From Piromyces finnis finn (Eukaryota; Fungi; Neocallimastigomycota): a stretch of DNA of 64,000 nucleotides. Location: contig MCFH01000039.1 of the NCBI GenBank assembly GCA_002104945.1, positions 310,001-374,000 of the forward strand. The letters run 5' to 3'. The notes under the pieces are model-generated. The model ran no database searches. It had not been told where the DNA came from and saw only the letters and a list, made by a program, of their open reading frames with translations. Positions 38,472 through 53,200 of the stretch are shown piece by piece. Position 1 is the first letter of the stretch, and the number at the start of each line of letters is the position of its first letter. Position numbers and translations under genes: made by a program.

Positions 38472-40094
38472 TGATAACGGATTGGTAGTTATATTATAAC
38501 TTTTTAACTACTTCTTCTGTTATCTTATATTGTTTTATCTCGACAGCTATTGTACGAGCTTTAACAATATCTACTAGTTTTATTAATTTATTTTAAGTTA
38601 TTTTATAGTTTTAATAGTTTTATTATTTTAATAATATTTATATAGAATAATAACACCAGATTTATTCTATAAAATATTATTTATTATTAACACAATAATT
38701 ACAAATTAGACAAGTTTAATTTCGTTTTTATATTTTCTTTTATTTATTGTTCTTACGCTCTTTTTAACAATAATTTTTATTATATAAAAACTTATTTTTG
38801 TCTTTTAAATATTATTATGTATTCACTAATTAATTATATTAACTATTATTAAAATTTAACTTATTATTAGTAATCTAAGTCTTCTCATTTTCTACTAAAA
38901 AATATTATTATTCTTTATAATAAAAATTATTTTTATAATTTAACCCAATCAAATATATAAATTTATAAAATATTTGATTTTATGTAAATTATATTTTTAT
39001 AATAAACTATATAAAATTATTTAATAATTATTTTATAATAAAATTTTGTTAAGTTTTTGGATTTGGTTATGCGGCCAGGTCAGAATGTTATCAATTATAT
39101 AGTAAATATGTTTTTTAAGAAATTAAATTTAAATATAAAATAACCCTTTAAACCTCCAAATGAGAAATTAATATTTATTCTTTAGAATAACTTTTTTATA
39201 AAATTTTATTTATTTATTAATAATAATATAAATGATAATATATTTAATAACTATATAATTAAGATTATAACTATAATCTTTACAAAGAATTAAAATCGAA
39301 TTCAATTCATTCTATTTTATATTCTTTGTTCAAATTATTAAATTGATAAAAATAAAGTATTACATGTAATATGTTAATAATATAATAAGATTGTTTGTTT
39401 GTTTGTTTGTTTGTTTTGTCATGACATAAAATAAAATAAACATATGATTAATCATTTAAACACTTGATCCATTAACCTATTTTATAATAATTAAAATTAT
39501 TTAATTTATAAATGTTAACCGTTACACCTAAATGGTTTAGTTCTATTTTTAGTAACAGTCACTATCATTAATTAAATTAATATAATTAGAATTTCTATTG
39601 ATATCTTTTTAATTTTCGTCAAGTCATAAGAAATGTCTATGATCCATACTTGATATCATATTAATTTTAATTTACTTATTAAAATCTTCGAATGATCATA
39701 TCTTCCTTAAATGACCTGTTAGAAGGACCGCGATTGTACCAAAATGTAGCTTTTTCCTTAAGCTTTCTAATAAACCTGGTTTCATAACCGTAGCACTTAC
39801 AGCCGTAGCGATCGTTTTTGGCGAGTTACACCTTGTTTCGTGTTTGTTTATTTTTGGTTAAGGGTTATAGTGTATTGATATTAAATTTTTTGAAATCATA
39901 ACCCTTTCACTGAACCAAAATTTAAAAGGTGACTTTTAAAGGTGTTTTAAAATAATTATTGGGATTATTTAATTCTAATTATTATGTTTAATTAATTATA
40001 GATATTATCTGAATTTGTTTTAAATCCAGTTAATATCTTCACAAATTTTCTACTAATATCAAATGTATAATATATTTATAATTATTATTTATCA
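38472..40094 (-). mobile_element. Older solo LTR of family A, interrupted by a 997-bp insert
   Basis: Aligns with the A LTRs from TGATAACGG to ATTATTTATCA with several substitutions; split at 39046/40044. Confidence 0.9.
39047..40043. mobile_element. Probable solo LTR ('E') nested in the A solo LTR
   Basis: TGTTAAG...CTTCACA termini with an exact 5-bp TSD AATTT (39042-46 and 40044-48). Confidence 0.75.
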
Positions 40095-40107
40095 TTTGAT
40101 TTAATAA

Positions 40108-40200
40108 GCTCGTGTAGCCTAGAGGTTTAAGGCGTCGTGCTTATAAGGGTGATCCTCTTATGCAACGCGAAGATCGCGGGTTCGACCCCCGCCATGAGCA
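40108..40200 (+). tRNA. tRNA-Ile(TAT) with 19-nt intron (40146-40164)
   Basis: Acceptor stem GCTCGTG/CATGAGC, anticodon arm TCGTG-CT-TAT-A...A-CGCGA, T-arm GCGGG-TTCGACC-CCCGC; resembles yeast intron-containing tRNA-Ile(UAU). Confidence 0.93.
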
Positions 40201-40294
40201 AATGAAATTTTTATAAATTAAAATTATTATTATTTTTTTTTACTTTTATAAAGTGTAAAAAAAATTTAAAATTATAATTTTTTCTTTTTCTTTT

Positions 40295-40327
<33 letters not shown>

Positions 40328-41559
40328 AATTTCTATTTTATTATTATTAGTTTAATAATCAGTTTCTATAAATTCTTTATTTATTGTTTCTCATTAAAAT
40401 GCGAGTCATTTATAAACAACAATAAATATGGAATATAATTTATTGTTGTTTATAAATACCATTTGTGTGTCCAATTATAGAAAAAACAAGAAACTAATAC
40501 TTTTAGAATTATAACACATGAATTTGACGATTTATTAAAAAAGAAAAAAGAGAGGTTTTATATAAGGATTGAAAATAAATATTATATATATATTGGGATA
40601 ATAGTAAACTTAATACTATTATTAGTTTCTACTCCATTTAAGAAAAATGTTTCATGAAATAGTTAAAAGGAGGTATTTTCTTCAGAGGATAATGAACTTA
40701 AGAATACGTGATTAAAATATCTGAAAATATTACAACAGTCACAATCATAATATCATAATAATAACAATGATATCAATTACTTCCGAACATAAATGCAAAA
40801 AAGTTTATTATTAATTATATATTTATTTTTATTTTATATTTAGTATTATTATCATTCTATATTTCACATAATAATATTATTTCATCATAAAATTTGAAAA
40901 TAATATTTTATAATTTGAATATATTATATATATAATATAAAATTCTAGAAATCTAAGAAATCTATTAAATATAATAATAAATATTCTAAAAGTTTTATAA
41001 ATATAAATAATATTTTTTAAAAATCACTTTTATTATAAATATAAGTATTAAAAATGATAATATTATATTATAGTATTATTATAGTATTTAGTCTAAGTTC
41101 TCTCTATAATTATAGAATATAATGTATACTTTAAATCAGATATAATATTATATAATATTATTTATCTTTTTTTAGTCCTTCCTACCTTTTTCTCCTACCT
41201 ATTACATTAATCCCTATTTATATACACTATTTAAATGAAAATATTTGTAAACATTTTTAATTTTAAATCTTAATTTTAATAGAAAATTCTTTTTTCCATA
41301 TTAGGAATTTATTAATTCTAATTTTATTAAAAACAAATTACTATGAAACAAAAATATTAATTTATATTAATTAAAATAAAAGCATAAATAGAAAGGGTAT
41401 TGACCCAAAAAAAAAAAAAAAAAACAAAACAAAGCAAGAAGGAACGGAAAAAAAAATACTTGCTACAACAACTACAACAGATATTCTTTCATCCCCTCAA
41501 AATCCTATATCGATTTTTGGTGATGAATATATTTTTTAAAAAATGAAGAGAATTATCGT

Positions 41560-42066
41560 TTGAAAACTTGTTTATATTCTATTCGTACTTTGTTAATTAC
41601 AAATGATGAAGATGAAAATCTGTTTACTTTTAAACTTAAACTTATGAATAATATTGATGTTTTTGACAAAAACAAAAATATATTAATTAATATTCATAGC
41701 AGATTTAGTAAAGATGAAGGTTTACTATATTTAAAAGATTCATAAGAAAATCCTATAATTACAATTAAACCAAGAAAAGGATATCCAAATAGTGATATGT
41801 ACAACATTGAATATTTTAATAATTATACCAGTAAAAAAGAAATTTTATATTTACATGTTAAAAAATACAACCACTGTTTTATATTTGAAGGAGAAGAAAA
41901 CACTGGAAAACGTATAATAATTGGAGAAATTAAATCTAATAATCTTTGTTCTTTCCATACAATAATCAAAGTTGCTCCTTCTGTTGATTATTTAAGCATG
42001 ATTACTATAACTCTTGGTGCTTTTAAACCAAATGGTTTTGGTCAAGTAGAATTTATAGGATTTTAG
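41560..42066 (+). pseudogene. Small beta-rich protein, possibly LURP-one/tubby-C/scramblase-like, with in-frame TAA at 41743-41745
   Basis: Two supplied ORFs lie in one frame joined by a single stop. The C-terminal IKVAPSVDYLSMITITL resembles the V.PG.D..L end of that fold. The family call is tentative. Confidence 0.4.
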
Positions 42067-42597
42067 GATTTTGATAATTTCATAATGTTGGACTAAAATA
42101 ATATTTAGTATTTTTTTTTTTTTTTTTTTTTTGATTCTTATATATTACTTTTTCGATAATAATGCTTTTAATATTTTATAGTTTTTTTTTTTCTTTTTCT
42201 TTTTCTTTTTTTTATTAATAGAAATAAATTAAATGTGAATTTAATATAGAAAACTTGATAGTGTAATTATAAGATTTAGAAAAGACACTCTTTGGAGGGA
42301 TCAAATTCGAGCCTCCTCCAGAGTGGTATACTTTTTCTAATTTAATATATTTAGCTACTATCATTATAATGTGATAATTGATGATAATAATTGGTGGAAT
42401 TCTTTTATTTTTCTTATTTTATTAATATATATGCCCAAAACAAATTAAAACACCAACAATACATAAACTAAATTTGTTTAAAAAGAAAATAAAAAAATTT
42501 TTTTATTATAAAAATTGCTTTTATCTTTTTATTTATTAATATTTATAAATTAAAATATAAAAGATATATATTATATATATTATCGTTAATCTTGTCG

Positions 42598-42633
<36 letters not shown>

Positions 42634-42733
42634 ATTATTATTACATATTTAAATATTACTTTTATAAATTACATAAAATAAAATTATTTTCCATAAAAAC
42701 TAGAATTATTATTTTGCTGCTTTAGTATTAAAT

Positions 42734-45860
<3,127 letters not shown>

Positions 45861-45909
45861 TTTAGATTATTATTTTTAGATAAAAAAAAAAGTTTTAATT
45901 TTTTAATTA

Positions 45910-46145
45910 ATATAAATATATAAAATAAATAAATAAATAAATAATATATAAATAAATAAATAATAATAATAATAATAATAATAATATATAAATAAATAAA
46001 TAAATAAATAAATAACTAAATAAATAATAAATAAATAAATAAATGAATAAATATAAATAAATAACTAAATAAATAACTAAACAAACAAACAAACAAACAA
46101 ACAAATAAATAAATAAATAAATAACTAAACAAATAACTAAACAAA

Positions 46146-46192
<47 letters not shown>

Positions 46193-46225
46193 CTAAACAA
46201 ATAAATAAATAAATAAATAAATAAA
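45910..46225. repeat. (TAAA)n/(CAAA)n/(TAA)n compound microsatellite upstream of CEF1
   Basis: Direct reading of the sequence. Confidence 0.9.
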
Positions 46226-47949
46226 TTACAAACCAACTATTATATTATATAATATAATTTATTTATTAGTGATAAATTGAAAGTTAAGAAATTTTACATG
46301 GAAAAGGAAAAATAATGCATATAAATTTCTGTTTTAAAATAAATTGATGATATTACTTTTATCAATGTACTATGATTATTATTCTTTTATTCATTTGCTT
46401 TTATAATACGTTATTAATCTTTCATTATTAGTATTATTTATATCATGATATAATATTAATTTTTATTTTTCATATTATTTCGTGACTTTTATAATAATTA
46501 ATATTTAAATAATTCTAACAGAACTTTGAGGAGAAAAAAAAAAAAGCTTGAATTATCATTTATTTCTTTTAACAATCCATCTTAAAACTAAACCGTTCTA
46601 GTTTTTATAAAAATCTATATATATTATTTAGATGTAGTAGTGGTTTCATTAGATTTTAATATAATTACAATATTGTAATTTGTAATTATTATTTTTAGAA
46701 AACTTTACTTATTCCCCCCTTTCTTCTTTTTTATTTGAAATAAAATAAAGTAGAAATTTCATTTTAAATAATACATTATTTTTTAAGTATAAAAAAATTC
46801 TGAATTATTTAGAACTATCTTTGATAAAGTAGTAATGTATTTCAAATATTTTAAATAGTTTGCATAGATTTTTTCTTTATATCTTAAATGAATAACATAA
46901 AAAAAATAATAATAATATGAGATTAGGATAGTTGAAATGCATTACTACTTTATTAATTATTAAAAAAACAAAGTATTATTCTTTTTATAACATTTGAATG
47001 TAAAGCCAAAATGATAGATTTTTTAATACATTTTTTGATAGGTAAAAAAGGAAAGACAGAATAATGTAAAGTTTTATAAAATATTTTAATTAATAATATT
47101 TACTAGTTATGCAATTTCATATTAAATGATAATATAATGATAACAATCATTATATATAATTAGTAAAATAAAAATTGTATGCAAATATATATTAATTTTC
47201 TAAGAAGCTAATGAAGTTAACTTTTCTTAAAAGCAAAATTTATTTATATTGTTAATAATCATTAAAATAGAAACTTAGAAAGAGTAAATATTAAATATAT
47301 TATATGAATATAAAATTTTAATAGTACAATATCAATTTTTGTATATCTATACTGAATTTCTCCTCATCATTTTATTTGTGGATTAGCGTATATATCTTGA
47401 TGAGTATTTAATTATAGTCTAATAATAATACCTGTATTCTTATTATACCACCTAATTTGTTAGTCATTTATGAGCTGATATTATTCCCAATATTTGCAGG
47501 CCCAAGAACACTAATTCTAATGGAATACATTTTTCTCTCTAATGAGGAACTGTTAAAGATATCTTTTTATTCTATTAATCTCTGCATATTAGATGTATTG
47601 GGAGAATGACAACAAAGATAGTATGGAAAAAACTCAAAAAGTTATGTTTTGTACATTACTGTAAAATGTAAAATTTTTTAAAAAAATAATTTTTAAAATT
47701 AATTTCTACGCTATGCTTATTCTTAAATATATATAATAGAATATTAATAATAAATAACAACAATAACAATATTAAATGATAAAACATTATTATTCAATTT
47801 CAATTCATTGACTATAATAAAAATAAAAAATTTATTAAAGGTGTATTTATGATATTATAATTAATAATAACATGTAATCTTCAATAATTAAAAAATTATA
47901 TATAAATATTACATTATTTGTTCTAACAGTAACTCATTTAGATTTTTAT

Positions 47950-48200
47950 ATTTTATTTATTTATTTATTAATTTATTCATTTATATTTTATATTTAATTT
48001 ATTTATTTATTAATTTATTCATACATATTTTATATTTAATTTATTTATTCCAATATTTATTTATTCATTTATATTTTATATTTGATTTATTTATTTATTA
48101 ATTTATTCATTTATATTTATATGCTTTATATTTATTTATTCCAATATTTATTTATTCATTTATATTTTGTATTTTACTCATTTCTATTTTTATATTCTAT
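47950..48200. repeat. Degenerate AT-rich minisatellite, unit about 43 bp (..TTTATTCATTTATATTTTATATTT..), about 5 copies
   Basis: Recurrent TTTATTCATTTATATTTT and TTATTCCAATATTTATTTATTC blocks. Confidence 0.6.
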
Positions 48201-50246
48201 TTATTTATAGTTATACTTATTTATTCAATTAAAAAATTATATTTATTAAAGTTTTATTTGTTTATATTTTTTTATGAAATTGAAATGCTATTTTTAATAT
48301 ATTAATAACATATATTTTCTATATATTAAATATAAATTAGTAATAGTATAATTTCTTTTTTTTTTTTTTAATTTCGAATTTAATATAAAGAAATAATTAA
48401 AATTTAATATTTAATTTTCTTTTTCAAACTTTATTAAATAATAAACTAATAAAATTTGAAACTGAAATTAAAAAAATGCTCCATTAAAAATTAATCTTTT
48501 AAAAAGTTTTATTTGACAGAAAACAAAAAAAATGAAAAGACATTTGAAGAAGAATTTGGCATGAATGTTGTCAATACTGTCAATGCCGAAATGAAAAGAC
48601 ATTTTCATGAGCAAGTAACTACACCACTCTAATGATGTTCTTTTTTTTAATTTCTGTAACATAAAAGCATTTAGTTTAAAACTCTATTATAATTTTTTTT
48701 TCAATTCATATAAACATTTGATGTATTTCCTTTTTTACTTTTTCAAAACATTTTTCTTTTAAAAATTTTTATTTGTTTGTTTCAATTCTGGGTACAATCA
48801 AATCACAATTTATAATTTGATGATGGATTCTTTATTGAATAGATGTTGACCTTTTCTATTCTTTCGTTTTTTGTTTAAAGTTAACAATGTACATTTTATT
48901 AATTACCATTATTACTTTTCTAATATAAACAAATAAATAAAAATGAATGAATAAATACCTTTATAACATATTAAATAAATAAACACTATATTAGTAAATA
49001 AATAATAATATTTAAATAAATTCATTATTAATTAAATGAATAAATAAATATTAGAATAAATAAATTGTTTTTTTCTAAAATTCTTTTTCGGTGGGAAATT
49101 ATGTTAATTTTATTGGTAACATATAAAATTAAATTAATATAAATTAATATATGAATGATTATATTCTAATAAATTAAATAAAATATCCACATTTAAAATA
49201 GATAAAATGTAAAAAATTAAAATATAACATTCTGTTATTCAGTAAATAACCAACTATTAAATTTAACCAGTTTTTAGAATGAATTTTTTATTTACATACA
49301 AGAGAAACAAAAACAAAATTATAAAATGTATATAATCAGAATTACTCTATAAATATAAATAAATATTATAGGTATAATCTTCTATTATTTATATTTAAAT
49401 ATTCATTATTTATTTATTAGTTATTTTTGTTATTAATAGCTATAGTGTGTTTTCATTTTTATTTATTATTATCATTAATACATAATTAATATATGAATTA
49501 AATTTTCATCTATGGATTTATTTTTTAATATATTTAGAATATAATATTACATATATTAATTTTATATTAATATTTATTTAGTTTCTTATTATTTAATAAA
49601 GTTTAAGAAATTTACTTTAATATATATAATAAAAAAGAAATAATACAAAAAATAAAAACTAAATGGATAATATTATTATATAAATAAATTATTTCTATAT
49701 ATCAAATTAATTAAATGAATAAAAATTATATAATAAAAGTATATTCAATACTAATATAAAGTAAATAAATGAGTTATTAAATAACTAAATAAATGATTTT
49801 AATTAAAAATAAATGAATAGAAGTTTTAAAAAAATAATTTTTTTTTATATAAAAGTATCAATCCATACCCTTCCTTTATACAAAAAGGTTTAATTGTAAA
49901 AAAAAAATAAAGTCAACATTTATATATACTTAATTACGATTATATATAAATATTACTTTTTTTAAAAAGTGATTATCCATTTAGAAAAAAATAATAAATC
50001 TTTTTAAAAGAAAAAAGTTTTTAAAATAATCATTATTTATTTAAAAAAACTTTTTTTTTTTTGTATTGAAAATAGTTCAATAAATTAGAAAACATTATTG
50101 TATTATTACTATCTATTTATATTCTTTAGAATTTACATCATTTATTCATTGTAGATATAAAAAATAAATTTAATTTAAACCATTTATTAAAACAATCAAT
50201 AGTCAATATTAAAATTAAGTTATTATAATTGGAATAAAAATTAATT

Positions 50247-53200
50247 ATGGATTCTTCAAATTTAACTTCAGAGGATTACATCAAATTAATCCGTTCAACC
50301 GATTTGGAAACAAGGTAAATAATAGTATTTATAAGTATAGTTTGAATAATAATAATAATAATGAAATGTATTAGTTTTTACATATTATAATAATATATAT
50401 TTTTAAATTATTATTTATAGTTGAAAAAAAAAAAAATCAATTATTTGATAATAAATAACAAAGTATAATATATTTTTTAAATAATAGTCACTATTAATTG
50501 TTTATATATGTGCTTGTAATAATAAATTTTAAATAAATAAATAAATAAAAAGAATCTATATAAAGATATTTATACAAAAGTAAAAATTTTTATTATATTT
50601 AATATTAAATATTAATATATATATTTTTTATTTTAAAAGTATTAAAATTTCCAATGCTAAGAGTATCATTGAAAAAATGAACCATCGTTTTGCTGTTTCC
50701 AAAGATAAGCCAATGATTGTTGCAAAAGAAAATATCTTAACACCACCATTTAAAGGTATTCCAAATGAAAAATTTCCATCTCCATGGCTTACAGTTTCTT
50801 TTAATGAATTTGAAAAATTAGCAAAGGCCATGGCATATGTTATTAATAAACGTTATCATTTAGAACCTCAGAGTCGTGTTGCTATTATTGCCAATTCTTT
50901 ACCAAAGAATCACTTATTATCTATAGCATTATGGTATTTACGTGTAGTTACTGTTGAAATTACACCAAAAATCGGTAATGATGTTAAGCAATGTTGGATG
51001 AGAATGTTAAATATGTCAATGGGTTTCTATGATTGTGTATTTAAACCATTTTATCAAGACCATAAGAATGAAGAAGAATGGGTATGGCCTTGGATATATC
51101 CACCTACTTCAAATGAAAATTTAGTTGCTGGAAATGAAGGTGTTTTAATGGTTGATATGGACAGTGAAAGTTTCATTCAAGAAGTAATTGAAGCTAGAGA
51201 CCAAGGTTTAACATTTGAACGTGAAGGTGATTGGGATGATTTACTTACTATTGGTGGTACTTCCTCTTCTGCACAAGCTATTATTAAAAATGGCCAATGT
51301 TCAGGTATAAAGATTGAACTAAATTTCAATTATAAATAATACATCATTTGATTATATAAATAACATATTATTAGTAATTTTAAATATATTATTTAATTAT
51401 AAATAATATTATTAACATTTTTTTCTTTATTAATAAAAGAAATGAAGTTTGTTGGGGTTCATCATAGAAAAGCTGGTAGTTGCTATGAAAAATACCTCCA
51501 CAAACATCTTCCAGAAGAAACTAACTTTTTATTAGTTTCTCCATTCCATCATTTACTTGGTATTTGTCAAGGTATGTTACACCCAATTTATGATGGTGGA
51601 CCACTTATTTATCGTACTCAAAGTGTTGATGATGTTGGTGTTATATCTGAAATGCTTTTGGATGACATTGCTGAAATTGATGTTACTGAAACTCTTATTT
51701 TTTCATTCCAGGTAATAATATTTTTTTTGTATAAAAGTTTTTTTTTTTTTGAATTATAATTATATTCATTGATGTTTATAATAAATTTAACAAATAAAAA
51801 TCAATATGATTTTTTATTTTTATTTTTATTTTATTTTTAGTTTGCTGAATGGAAAAAGTTAAAGGAAGCTGGTCATCCAAAATGGCCAATTTGGGAAAAG
51901 GCTATAAGATCAAGACCAATTGGTTGTTTCCAAACTGGTGGTGCTCCACCTATTCCGGAAGTTACAAAATGGTTAGCTCGTGAACTTCAACTCTTTCCAG
52001 CGGAAAGTTATGGTTCTTCTGAAGGTGGTGTTATGATGTACACAGAAGGTTTACCACCACTTCGTGGAGAAGAAGGCTATCTTAAAAGAATTCCATATGT
52101 TGATATTTACCTTAAACCTTTAAATGAAGATGATCCAAATATTGGTGAAGCTTATATTCATTCTGCCCAGAATTTCACTGGTTATGTTAGAAGAATAGAA
52201 AGTGGTGAAACTTGTGAAAATTCTCCATGCCCAGGTCTTCGTGTAGATATTAAGGCTGATGAATGTTTTGTTGAAATCGATGGCAAAAAATTCTTTAAGA
52301 CGAATGATATCTTTAGACGTAGTCCAATCACTGGTGATTATAAATTTGTTTCCCGTGTTGATGATATTATCGCTTTCTCTACTGGTTTAAAGATGAACCC
52401 TGTTCCATTTGAAAGAACTATGGTTCAATTTTGTAAGAATGTTAAACTTTGTTGCCTTCTCCTTGATACTACTGGTACAGAAGCTGTATGTTTTGTCGAA
52501 CCACAATGGGAAAATATTCTTTTAGATGATGGTAAGGCTTTCAAACCAGATGAAAATCCAGCCAATATTATATCTAGAGAAGAAATTCAACATCTCAATG
52601 AATTAGCCCACACCCAAATTTGGGATTCTATTTATAGTATCCTTATGGATGATTCTCAAAGTTTAACAAATTGGGTTAAACAACTAACTAAAAACAATAT
52701 TATTATTGTTGAATATGGAGATAAATTCCCAACTACAGAAAAGGGTTCACTCTCAAGAAGAGTTGCAAAAATGAAGTATTCTGAAACTTTAAACCGTATC
52801 TCAAAGATTATTCACGGTGAAGAAACCTTGGATGACTCTGAAAGAACAATGGCTTCTGATGAAGAAAATGATACAACTAAATATAGCATTGATTCAGAAG
52901 AGATTCATGAATTTAAAGCTAATCCAAACTTTTCTGGAAAATCAAAGGATTATTTAATTATTTTAATTTATCAATCCATTAAAGAAATTATACCATCTAC
53001 TCCAGATTTTGATCAATTTGATCCAGAAATGTCATTCACTATGTATGGTATCGATTCTCTCTCTACCGTTAAATTAACAAATATTTTATCGAGAAAGTTA
53101 AAGAAGAACTATTCTCCTTCTATTATTTTCAATTATGCTTCTCCACTTTTACTTGCTCAATATTTATCTCAACCAACTCAAATTAATCCAGTTATGAAGG

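Noticed and set aside
42286-42325. SECIS element or Helitron 3' end
   Set aside because: No AUGA/GA quartet geometry, and the nearby in-frame stop (41743) is TAA, not TGA. No terminal CTRR at Helitron spacing. Kept only as an unexplained hairpin.
48525-48615. Exon-like segment (AG...ENKKNEKTFEEEFGMNVV...GT) as an extra upstream exon of the hybrid synthase
   Set aside because: It could not be linked in phase to other exons, and a satisfactory ATG exon exists at 50247. Needs RNA-seq.
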